From: an uncultured Bdellovibrionales bacterium
Lineage (GTDB): Bacteria > Patescibacteriota > Minisyncoccia > Moranbacterales > UBA1568
Reading direction: 5' to 3'
DNA length: 64,000 bases
NCBI GenBank assembly: GCA_964436855.1
Contig: CAYTED010000001.1
Span: 21-64,020 of the forward strand
The position numbers were made by a program, and so were the translations under genes. Below, piece after piece: positions 55,777-64,000 of the stretch; the stretch's first letter is position 1; the number at the start of each line of letters is the position of its first letter. The notes under the pieces are model-generated. The model was not told the origin of the DNA. It saw nothing but the letters and a program-made list of their open reading frames with translations, and ran no database searches.

Positions 55777-55816
55777 AATTTTTCTTTTTACAATTTATCC
55801 CCTTCTACTCTACCAC

Positions 55817-55845
55817 AAAAAACCGCCTCGGTTTCCCGAAGCGGT
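55817..55845 (-). terminator. Intrinsic terminator after ugd
   Basis: ACCGC..GCGGT hairpin followed by a T tract on the minus strand. Confidence 0.65.
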
Positions 55846-55852
55846 CGATCGT

Positions 55853-57160
55853 TTACACTCCGATTCCATGATACGTGAAGCCTTCTTTTTCCGCTTCTTT
55901 TCGTTCGAAAATATTGCGGCCATCGATAATGACACGCTCCTTCATACGCGAAGCGAGTTCCGGATACTCTGCGGTCCGAAATTCATCCCATTCTGTGCAC
56001 ACAACAAGCGCATCAACCCCGTCCACTGCCTCATAAGAATTTGTGCAATACTGGACTCGTTTATCAGGGAAAACTCCCTTGAAGTTCTCCTCCGCAACAG
56101 GATCGAATGCGCGAACCTTTGCCCCGGCCTTCAAAAGTTCTCCAATCACATACTGCGCCGGCGCCTCGCGCACATCGTCGGTTCGCGGTTTAAACGAAAG
56201 TCCCCAAATTCCAATTGTTTTTCCCTTCAAATTTTTAAAATGTTTCTTGAGTATTCCAATCGGACGAAGTTTTTGTTTATCATTGACCTCATCCGCCGCA
56301 CGAATAATCGAAAAATCAAAGTCATATTCCTTGCCGGTTTGCATAAGCGCCTGCACATCCTTTGGAAAACACGAGCCACCATATCCAATACCCGCATAGA
56401 GAAAACGCGACCCGATTCTCGTATCCGCCCCCATACCCTTTGCCACCTCTTTGATATTCGCACCCGCGAGTTCGCAGAAATTCGCCATCTCGTTTGCGAA
56501 GGTAATTTTCACAGCAAGAAACGCATTCGAGGCATATTTGATAAGTTCAGCCGAACGGATATCCGTCACTATCACCGGTCGCCCTGCGCGAGCAATTGGC
56601 CGATAGATTTTTTCCATGATTTCCTTGGCACGCTCGGTCGCAACCCCGACAACCACGCGATCAGGATTGAGAAAATCCTTAATCGCAGCCCCTTCGCGAA
56701 GAAATTCCGGATTGGAAACAATATCAAATTCATATTTTCCCTTGGACGCGTGCGTCACAATATCCCGAACTCTATCCGCCGTACCAACCGGAACCGTTGA
56801 TTTGTTCACGAGAATTTTATATCCATTCAAATTTTTCCCAAACGCCTCCGCAACCGCATGCACATACTGCATATCCGCTTGCCCTGTCTTCTTGTCTTCC
56901 GGCGTCCCAACAGCACTGAATACGACTTCGGCGGATTTTATGGCCTCGGAAATAGACGACATAAATGAAAGGCGATCTTCCTTGACATTTTTCTCTACCA
57001 ACTCCTCAAGCCCGAGTTCGTAAATCGGCATGATGCCTTTTTTCAATTTTGCAATTTTCTTCTTATCAATATCGGCACACACCACCGTATGCCCCAGTTC
57101 TGCCATACATGCTCCCGTCACCAATCCAACATATCCCGTACCGATAAAAGCTAATTTCAT
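55853..57160 (-). CDS. ugd: UDP-glucose 6-dehydrogenase
   Basis: GTGYVGL, KSTVPVGT, NPEFLREG, GYGGSCFPKD, FKPRTDDVRE. Confidence 0.95.
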   Translation of the reverse strand: MKLAFIGTGYVGLVTGACMAELGHTVVCADIDKKKIAKLKKGIMPIYELGLEELVEKNVKEDRLSFMSSISEAIKSAEVVFSAVGTPEDKKTGQADMQYVHAVAEAFGKNLNGYKILVNKSTVPVGTADRVRDIVTHASKGKYEFDIVSNPEFLREGAAIKDFLNPDRVVVGVATERAKEIMEKIYRPIARAGRPVIVTDIRSAELIKYASNAFLAVKITFANEMANFCELAGANIKEVAKGMGADTRIGSRFLYAGIGYGGSCFPKDVQALMQTGKEYDFDFSIIRAADEVNDKQKLRPIGILKKHFKNLKGKTIGIWGLSFKPRTDDVREAPAQYVIGELLKAGAKVRAFDPVAEENFKGVFPDKRVQYCTNSYEAVDGVDALVVCTEWDEFRTAEYPELASRMKERVIIDGRNIFERKEAEKEGFTYHGIGV

Positions 57161-57236
57161 ATTTTCATAAAGCACGAAACATAGAGCACAAAACAAGCAC
57201 GAACTGTTCTATACCGTAGTCCCATGTTGTATTTAA

Positions 57237-58175
57237 TTATTGTATCCTCATTTCTCGGACGCTATAATTCATCCGTCGATGCATCTTGTAATAATTTCGC
57301 ATCACCATATCCGCAAGTAAGCCGGAAATAAAGAGCTGAAGCCCTACCAGCACGAAAAAGACACCGATAAGCGGCCAAATACGATCGGCAATCGAGGCTC
57401 CAAAAAACATTTTTTCTACAAACATCCACGCTAAAATCGCAACGCCGGTCATCGAAAGACACAATCCGGCTCCCCCAAACAAGTGAATAGGTCGATACGA
57501 ATACTTCCGCCAGAACCAAATCGATATCATATCGACAAACCCTTTGAGCGCGCGCTTCCAGTTATATTTCGTCTTCCCGTGCAGTCTCGGATAATGAGAA
57601 ACTTTCACTTCAGTCACACGAAAACCCTCCAACTGAAGAAGGGCCGGGATAAAACGATGCATCTCGCCAAAAAGATCGAGATCTTCAAAACATTCCTTGC
57701 GATACGCCTTCAGGCTGCACCCGGAATCATGAATACCGTCTTTTACGAGAATGAGGCGTAAAATATTCGCACCCCGCGAAAAGAAACGCTTCATAAAAGA
57801 ATCTTTCCGCTTCCAACGCCACCCGGCAACCACATCATACCCTTCATCAATCTTTGCAAGAAGAAGCGGGATATCGTTTGGATCATTTTGAAGGTCGCCG
57901 TCAATCGTAACTATAATATCACCCGATGAAGCCTTGATACCGGCATCAAACGCCGCAGTCTGACCAAAATTTCTCCGAAATATAACCAGCTTGAGCGGCG
58001 ATAAGCCGCGACACAATTCAAGCGTCTTATCTTTTGACCCGTCATCAACAAAGACAATTTCAAACGGCTTTTCAATTTTTTGCAAACTCGCAAGAATTCG
58101 ACGATACAATTCCTGCACATTCCCCTCTTCATTATATAAGGGAACAACAACCGACAAATACGGTTTTCCTTCCAT
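57237..58175 (-). CDS. GT2 undecaprenyl-phosphate glycosyltransferase (ArnC/GtrB-like)
   Basis: RNFGQTAA, DGDLQNDP, DSGCSLKAY, GEMHRFIP, two C-terminal TM. Confidence 0.92.
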   Translation of the reverse strand: MEGKPYLSVVVPLYNEEGNVQELYRRILASLQKIEKPFEIVFVDDGSKDKTLELCRGLSPLKLVIFRRNFGQTAAFDAGIKASSGDIIVTIDGDLQNDPNDIPLLLAKIDEGYDVVAGWRWKRKDSFMKRFFSRGANILRLILVKDGIHDSGCSLKAYRKECFEDLDLFGEMHRFIPALLQLEGFRVTEVKVSHYPRLHGKTKYNWKRALKGFVDMISIWFWRKYSYRPIHLFGGAGLCLSMTGVAILAWMFVEKMFFGASIADRIWPLIGVFFVLVGLQLFISGLLADMVMRNYYKMHRRMNYSVREMRIQ

Positions 58176-58395
58176 ACGATAGTTTTAGATGGTTTGTACC
58201 CCTATTTTATCCCAGAAGAAATGGCTTGGCAAACCCTTTTCAAAAAGTTCCCAGACTTGAAAAAACTCGGTATACTGGATGAGAGATAGAAGTATGGAGG
58301 TGAGAAGGCGACCATGCCACATCCCTTCGGGAAGTATAGTGGACAAAAATCAGGGGGGATGTAAGATTTTGTTTTGAGCTTTGAGTTTTTTATCT

Positions 58396-59142
58396 ATGCC
58401 CCCCGCCCTCCACAACGAACTGTCCGTTATTATTCCCTGCTACAAAGAAGCCGAAGTCATTCGGAAGAATATTCTCACGGTTTTCGACTATCTCAAGGGA
58501 AAATTCAGTCGCTTTGAAATAATTGTTATTACCGATGGCAGCCCAGACGATACCTTGAATATCGTGAAAATCTTGAAGGAAGAGCGAAAAGATATCCCGC
58601 TTCGGATTTTTTCATTTGAGAAAAATCACGGAAAAGGTGCTGCCGTACGTGCCGGTATCCTGAAAAGTAAATACGATCCGGTTATGTTCATCGATGCCGA
58701 TCTCACCATCCCGATCGACGAACTTGATTCGTTTCTTCAAGCACTCGAAAGCGCCGACATCGCCATTGCCTCACGCCTCGTTTCCGGATCACGATTCGAA
58801 GAACCCTCGCCATGGTACCGCGTCCTTACGGCACGCGGATTTCACCTCCTTCAAATTTTCATTCTCGGAAACTTTGAATTTTCCGATACCCAGTGCGGAT
58901 TCAAAGTGTTTCGCCGATCGGCCGCGCTCAATCTCTTTGGTCGATCTCGCGTTAATCGTTTTGCTTTCGATACGGAAATCCTGTTTCTCGCAAAAAAACA
59001 AAACTATCGCATTACCATTCTTCCCGTTCGAATCGAAAAAGACCCTCGAAACACCAATGTCCGAGTATTTCGCGACTCTATCAATATGTTCGGCGCGCTC
59101 CTCAAAATCCGATTGAATCAATTCTTCAAACGATACCGATAA
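58396..59142 (+). CDS. Dolichyl-phosphate beta-glucosyltransferase-like GT2
   Basis: NHGKGAAV, DADL, DTQCGFK, FAFDTE. Confidence 0.9.
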   Translation: MPPALHNELSVIIPCYKEAEVIRKNILTVFDYLKGKFSRFEIIVITDGSPDDTLNIVKILKEERKDIPLRIFSFEKNHGKGAAVRAGILKSKYDPVMFIDADLTIPIDELDSFLQALESADIAIASRLVSGSRFEEPSPWYRVLTARGFHLLQIFILGNFEFSDTQCGFKVFRRSAALNLFGRSRVNRFAFDTEILFLAKKQNYRITILPVRIEKDPRNTNVRVFRDSINMFGALLKIRLNQFFKRYR

Positions 59143-59152
59143 AACAAGAAGC

Positions 59153-59908
59153 ATGCACTCTGAAAGAACCTTTTTCCCAACCCGCCGAAACATCGAAAAT
59201 ACCTCTATGAAAGAAATATCATCGCCACCCCGAAATATTTGGATCGTTGTACCGGCGTATAACGAAGAAAAGGTCATCGCATCCGTGATTCATGAAATTC
59301 GATCGGCAGGATATTCAAATATCATTGTTGTTGATGATGGCAGTCAGGACCACACTTATAACAAAACTAAAGAAATAACTGGCATCGTGGCACTTCGCCA
59401 TGCTATCAATCGTGGTAAGGGCGCCGCCACCAAAACCGGTATCGAAGCCGCCAAACAAAAAGGAGCTGAAATTATCGTCACTATGGATGGTGACGGTCAG
59501 CACGACCCGCGTGATATCAAGAACCTCATTCATCCGATTCGTGAACACGAATACGATGTGGTGCTTGGTTCACGTCTCATCAACTGCAAAGGAATGCCCT
59601 GGTACAAGATTCTTCACAACAGAATCGGGAATATTCTTGTTTGGTATATCTATGGTCTCTATGTCACTGATAGTCAATCCGGTTTCCGCGCCTATTCACA
59701 TCATGCCACTGAAGTCATAAACACCAAGACTGATCGCTATGAGTACGACAGCGAAGTTATTCGCGAAATCTATCTCTATAAACTAAAATACAAAGAAATA
59801 GCAATTGCCGTCCGTTACACCGACTATTCAATGAGTAAACTTCACAAACAAAATCTTGTAAACGGCATTAAAACTCTCTATCGGATGATCTGGCGCCTGA
59901 TTCACTAA
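59153..59908 (+). CDS. DPM1-like GT2 glycosyltransferase
   Basis: VPAYNEE, NRGKGAA, DGDGQHDP, DSQSGFRAY; start may be 59207. Confidence 0.9.
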   Translation: MHSERTFFPTRRNIENTSMKEISSPPRNIWIVVPAYNEEKVIASVIHEIRSAGYSNIIVVDDGSQDHTYNKTKEITGIVALRHAINRGKGAATKTGIEAAKQKGAEIIVTMDGDGQHDPRDIKNLIHPIREHEYDVVLGSRLINCKGMPWYKILHNRIGNILVWYIYGLYVTDSQSGFRAYSHHATEVINTKTDRYEYDSEVIREIYLYKLKYKEIAIAVRYTDYSMSKLHKQNLVNGIKTLYRMIWRLIH

Positions 59909-59936
59909 AATATCTAATATCCATTATCCCAATTAT

Positions 59937-60287
59937 ATGGAACTCAAACTCTATCAAATCGTCATTGCGGTGATCGCTCTCTTTATGGTCTATCAGGGCG
60001 GAAAAAATTATTTTTGCAAACAAAGCGGCCAAACTTTTCTCAAATTCTTCGTCCGACTCCTTGTCTGGGGCGGCATGGCTTCAGTCGTTCTTTTTCCAAG
60101 TCTCACCAACCTCGCAGCAAAGGTTATCGGAATAGAAGACAACGTAAACGCCGTTATCCTCACTGGATTCATCCTCGTCTTTTTAATGATCTTCAAACTC
60201 CTCTCTGCCATCGAACGCCTCGAACAGCAACTCACTTCACTGACACGAAAGGAAGCGCTCGAAGAAATTTCGGACAAGAATCAGTAA
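59937..60287 (+). CDS. DUF2304-like membrane protein
   Basis: 3 TM, FP..A..IGI, C-terminal LEQQLTSLTRKEAL; follows a DPM1-like GT2. Confidence 0.8.
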   Translation: MELKLYQIVIAVIALFMVYQGGKNYFCKQSGQTFLKFFVRLLVWGGMASVVLFPSLTNLAAKVIGIEDNVNAVILTGFILVFLMIFKLLSAIERLEQQLTSLTRKEALEEISDKNQ

Positions 60288-60298
60288 CCATCGCTTTC

Positions 60299-62416
60299 AT
60301 GACACGATTTGGAAGAACCTTCTGGATTAATATTCTTTTCTTTGGTGTGTACGCTGTGCTCACCTTTTTTCAATCGCTTTACGATCATTCTTTTTTGAGA
60401 ATTTCCGCATCAGTCATTACCCTCATTGTTATTTTTCCACTCACTGGACTTAATGCAACACTGCTTCTTGAGAAAATCTCTCATCAAAAATTCACTAATT
60501 CAGAAAGATTGAGTATTGCTACCATTTTCTCATTTTTAGTTTTACCCATTTTTATAACAATAGAATCAGCTCATTTTAACACTCTCTCACCAACAACCCC
60601 CCTTATAAATTCCCTCGCTATCTTTCTTCTTACCATTCTATTTTCCCCACTTTCCCTCGAAAGCACACAACCCGAACATATTCCAAAAACCCTTTTTTGG
60701 TCTTTTGGTATCGCTTTTTTCCTCTACTTTTTTCTCATTTTTTTCACTGTCACCGCTTATTATCCCCTTCCGGATAGCGATCCTTATTACTGGGCACCAA
60801 AAATTCAGACGGAGGTAGATACCCATTCCCTTCCCGCGCTCCATATTCATCGCCCCCTTCTCTCCTCACTTACTTATATGTTCCACGCTACAGCCAATGT
60901 AGACTTTTATGCTTTTTTCAAATATGTTCTTCCTTTTTTCTTCATGCTCACTATCATCCCCGCCTTTCTTGTTGCTCGGCATTTCCCTAATCAATTGCAG
61001 CAACTTGCGATACTTTTCATTCCCCTTGGAAGTGCCTCCTTTATCACATACTCTCTCCTCCCTATCCCTCAAGCTACTCTCAATCTCTCTCTTGTTTTTT
61101 TTGTATATCTTCTTCTCTATTCTTGGTTAGAAAAAAAATTATTTTTTTATTTTCTCGCCGGTTTCGTATCCTTCGCTACTTTGTTGTATCACGAAGCAGC
61201 TTTCTTAATTTTCTTGGTATGGCTCACGATAACAATCATCCGATATCGAGACGGGCTTCTCAATACAATTCGAAAAAACATCCTCTCTTCTATACTTATT
61301 GTTATCATCTTTCTCTATAACCTTCCCCTCCTACAATATGTCTACGGATTCCTTGCAAATTGGTTAAAGCGCCTCAATGAACTGATTACCATTAGTAGCT
61401 CCCTAAACCTCACCTTCCCCCTCCATTATGTCAATATTGATGGCAACAATGTAGGATGGGAAACACTCTCGGGTATATTCAAATACTATGCATTCTATGT
61501 CGGACCAACGACTGGATTCGTTCTCTGTATCTCTCTCATCCTTTTTATATTCCCAGCAGCCAGAACACAGCTTTGGGAACATATCCGTAAGAACCAATCC
61601 ATCACTCCTCTTGCAGGTACATTCCTGCTCTTCTTTACTCTTGCAGAAATTCTGCCTCGATTTTTGAATATCGCATTCCTTCCGGAACGATCGTGGGGAT
61701 TCGCGGGACTCTTTCTTATCGGCCTCCTTCCTCTCATTTTCCGCATTCTTCCATCACGACAAAACTTCATTGCCATAATCCTCATTGCTGCATACTTGAT
61801 AAATGCGGGTGCCTTTCTCTATATTAACTCGCTCAAAAAAAATACTATTCCATCTTCTCATATCACTGCAATGGAATGGGTCAAAAACAACCTTCCAAAA
61901 AACGCCATCATTCTGGCTTATGGAAACCGTGGCATGATACAGCTTCATACCCAAACCGAAACAATAGATATTACCAATCCAAAATTCTACTCCGACATAT
62001 CTGTTTTTGATTCTTTTATAAATTCAGTAAAATTGGAAATATCTGATATCGATACAATACAGGCAAACTATCTCGCAACAACTTCATTGGCCATTGAAAC
62101 CATCAAAAAAACCCCTCCTGAAAATAGAAACGAGCTTCTTAATACACTTGATATAATCAGCACTGAATCAATATTTTTCGAAAATAAGCTCCGGTATTCC
62201 CAAAAAAACAAACACGATATTCCCGAGGAAAAACCACTTTTTATTTACTACACTCGTCCAAACAACAACACCCTCTATTCCGATCGACCATACTCCAGAA
62301 AAAAATCTGATGAATTAGTGATACCTATCTTCGATACCTATCCAGATCGGTTTCAAAGAGTTTACAGTGCCGCAGACAATGAAATAATTGTCTGGAAATT
62401 TATCACAAAAAAATAA
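60299..62416 (+). CDS. Polytopic GT-C-like membrane protein
   Basis: Many TM; DSDPYYW loop; AMEWVKNNLP soluble C-terminal domain. Confidence 0.65.
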   Translation: MTRFGRTFWINILFFGVYAVLTFFQSLYDHSFLRISASVITLIVIFPLTGLNATLLLEKISHQKFTNSERLSIATIFSFLVLPIFITIESAHFNTLSPTTPLINSLAIFLLTILFSPLSLESTQPEHIPKTLFWSFGIAFFLYFFLIFFTVTAYYPLPDSDPYYWAPKIQTEVDTHSLPALHIHRPLLSSLTYMFHATANVDFYAFFKYVLPFFFMLTIIPAFLVARHFPNQLQQLAILFIPLGSASFITYSLLPIPQATLNLSLVFFVYLLLYSWLEKKLFFYFLAGFVSFATLLYHEAAFLIFLVWLTITIIRYRDGLLNTIRKNILSSILIVIIFLYNLPLLQYVYGFLANWLKRLNELITISSSLNLTFPLHYVNIDGNNVGWETLSGIFKYYAFYVGPTTGFVLCISLILFIFPAARTQLWEHIRKNQSITPLAGTFLLFFTLAEILPRFLNIAFLPERSWGFAGLFLIGLLPLIFRILPSRQNFIAIILIAAYLINAGAFLYINSLKKNTIPSSHITAMEWVKNNLPKNAIILAYGNRGMIQLHTQTETIDITNPKFYSDISVFDSFINSVKLEISDIDTIQANYLATTSLAIETIKKTPPENRNELLNTLDIISTESIFFENKLRYSQKNKHDIPEEKPLFIYYTRPNNNTLYSDRPYSRKKSDELVIPIFDTYPDRFQRVYSAADNEIIVWKFITKK

Positions 62417-62422
62417 CTTTTT

Positions 62423-63586
62423 ATGAAAATCATCATCTTCTCTCCATTCTATCCGCCACATATCGGCGGACTCGAATCACACAGCGACGAATTCAACAAG
62501 CACCTCGCGGCACGTGGAGCCGAAATAACCGTCTTCACCCCACGACTTCCGAAAGATGCTCCGGAAAACGAAATTCGCTACAAGAGTGTCCGCATCGTCC
62601 GCTTTCCCGCTTGGGAATTGTTTCACAACTATCCCCTACCTGCGTACTGGCCATTCTGGTGGAGTTTTGATTTCTTCCGACTCTTCCGGAAACTCCTCCG
62701 AGAAAAACCGGATCTTGTCATTTCGCGAACCCGATTTTTCGCTCCATCGCTCCTTGCGGTTTTCTACGCACGGCTCAAGCACATTCCACTCGTCCATATC
62801 GAACACGGCTCTGATTTCGCGAAATTTAACGGTACCCTCAAAACCAAACTCGGTGAACTCTACGATTGGATCTTCGGACGCTTCGTTCTGCGATCAGCCG
62901 ATCTTGTTATCGGAAATTCGGAAGCTTCGGCTCATTTTGTACGAACACTTTCCGGGCGGACTGACTGTAAAATCATCTATCGCGGTGTGGAAACGGAAAA
63001 AATTTCAAACATTTTTCCTGACACAGCTTTTTCAAAAAACAAAATTCATATCACCTACCTCGGACGCCTCATCGATGGGAAGGGTGTAATTGATCTTCTC
63101 CAAGCCCTCACGAAACTCAACCTCAATACCTTCCACTGTCATATTATCGGCAACGGTCCAGAACTCAAACGATTGCAAACCTTCGCGCAAGAACATCACC
63201 TTGAAGACAATCTCACCTTCCACGGACACCAATCCTTCGAAAACGCAATTGCACTTCTCAAGGCAAGCGATATCATTGTCAATCCAAGCTACACCGAAGG
63301 ACTCCCTACTTCAATCACTGAAGCTGCTCTTTGCAAAAAAGCCATCATCGCCACGAATGTCGGCGGTACACCCGAAATAATTTCAGGAATTCATGATGGC
63401 TATCTTATCGAACCAAAAAACACTAGCCAGCTGATAAAAGCATTGACCGACCTTATCGAACATCCTGAAAAAAGGCTCCTCTTCGGACAAAACGCCTACC
63501 AAAGCGTAAAGGCTAAATTCGATTGGAATGAGTCCGCAAAAAAATACCTTGCTGTTTTCCAAGAACTCCTCGACAATAGAAAGTGA
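62423..63586 (+). CDS. GT4 glycosyltransferase
   Basis: PPHIGG, GRLIDGKG, EGLPTSITEA. Confidence 0.93.
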   Translation: MKIIIFSPFYPPHIGGLESHSDEFNKHLAARGAEITVFTPRLPKDAPENEIRYKSVRIVRFPAWELFHNYPLPAYWPFWWSFDFFRLFRKLLREKPDLVISRTRFFAPSLLAVFYARLKHIPLVHIEHGSDFAKFNGTLKTKLGELYDWIFGRFVLRSADLVIGNSEASAHFVRTLSGRTDCKIIYRGVETEKISNIFPDTAFSKNKIHITYLGRLIDGKGVIDLLQALTKLNLNTFHCHIIGNGPELKRLQTFAQEHHLEDNLTFHGHQSFENAIALLKASDIIVNPSYTEGLPTSITEAALCKKAIIATNVGGTPEIISGIHDGYLIEPKNTSQLIKALTDLIEHPEKRLLFGQNAYQSVKAKFDWNESAKKYLAVFQELLDNRK

Positions 63587-63595
63587 CACTCTTAG

Positions 63596-63630
63596 TGTCA
63601 TCCTGAGCGAGTCTGCGAGTCGAAGGATCT
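63596..63630 (+). repeat. GTCAT-type REP-like element (intergenic)
   Basis: TGTCATCCTGAGCGAGTCTGCGAGTCGAAGGATCT. Confidence 0.8.
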
Positions 63631-63674
63631 CAGTTTGGTCATTGGATTTTGATTATTGGTTATTGATTTATCGT

Positions 63675-64000
63675 ATGTGTGGCATCGCCGGAAAAATATC
63701 CTTCTCATCACAAAACGTCTCGATTCAAGCAATCGAAACGATGAATAATGCCATCAAACACCGCGGTCCCGACGATGGCGGCGTATATATTTCTCCCGAT
63801 CAAAAAGTCGGCCTCGGGCATCGTCGACTCTCGATCATCGATCTCTCCCCCCTCGGGCACCAACCGATGCGATACCTTGATCGGTATGAAATCGTTTTCA
63901 ATGGTGAGATCTACAACTTTCAGGAAAAGCGAGCACTTCTCGAGAAAGAAGGATACACCTTCGCATCCCACTCCGATACCGAGGTCATTCTCGCACTCTA
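63675..64000 (+). CDS. asnB: Asparagine synthase-like amidotransferase, 5' part (runs off the window)
   Basis: Own translation: MCGIAG, HRGPD, GHRRLSIIDLS..GHQPM, FNGEIYNF, SDTEV. Confidence 0.93.
   Translation, partial: MCGIAGKISFSSQNVSIQAIETMNNAIKHRGPDDGGVYISPDQKVGLGHRRLSIIDLSPLGHQPMRYLDRYEIVFNGEIYNFQEKRALLEKEGYTFASHSDTEVILAL

Noticed and set aside
58270-58365. Possible small RNA in the divergent GT2 intergenic region (ACATCCCTT/GGGGGGATGT pairing)
   Set aside because: Only one modest helix, no clear promoter-terminator pair and no second copy.
1-64000. tRNA, rRNA, prophage or transposase genes
   Set aside because: No cloverleaf/T-loop signatures, rRNA conserved blocks, phage structural genes, integrase or DDE/HUH transposase ORFs were recognised.

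Overview
64 kb of a bacterial chromosome that looks like Patescibacteria/CPR (Parcubacteria, Moranbacteria-like; inferred from gene content, compact SD-poor genes and the many glycosyltransferases). The left third is mostly housekeeping and envelope genes: nitroreductase/HxlR pair, Cas4/AddB-like nuclease, M23 peptidase, gltX, tagA-like GT, thpR, MacAB-like ABC exporter, priA-def-fmt, groES with CIRCE, S41 protease and LCP. From about 19.4 kb to the end lies a very large surface-glycan/lipid-linked glycosylation region: many GT2/GT4 enzymes, six GT-C-like polytopic proteins, two O-antigen-ligase-like proteins, flippases, two nucleotide-sugar dehydrogenases and a partial asnB. The most unusual signals are mostly non-coding: (1) a ~590-nt ORF-less, highly structured minus-strand unit (~26.0-26.6 kb) with a consensus sigma70 promoter, a boxA-like motif and a terminator; (2) two copies of a ~135-nt structured motif with strong compensatory base changes (8.64 and 20.29 kb); (3) a DUF559 nuclease flanked by inverted REP-like palindromes, whose gene-less copy sits in frame inside a membrane-protein gene; (4) an orphan PemK/MazF toxin facing a ~50-nt promoter-and-terminator-defined RNA; (5) a divergent RtcB and a dTMP-kinase-like gene embedded among glycosyltransferases; (6) an exact 35-bp leader shared by two unrelated orphan genes 37 kb apart; (7) a symmetric dif-like palindrome. 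No rRNA, tRNA, CRISPR array or transposase was seen. All calls come from reading motifs by eye; no searches were run.
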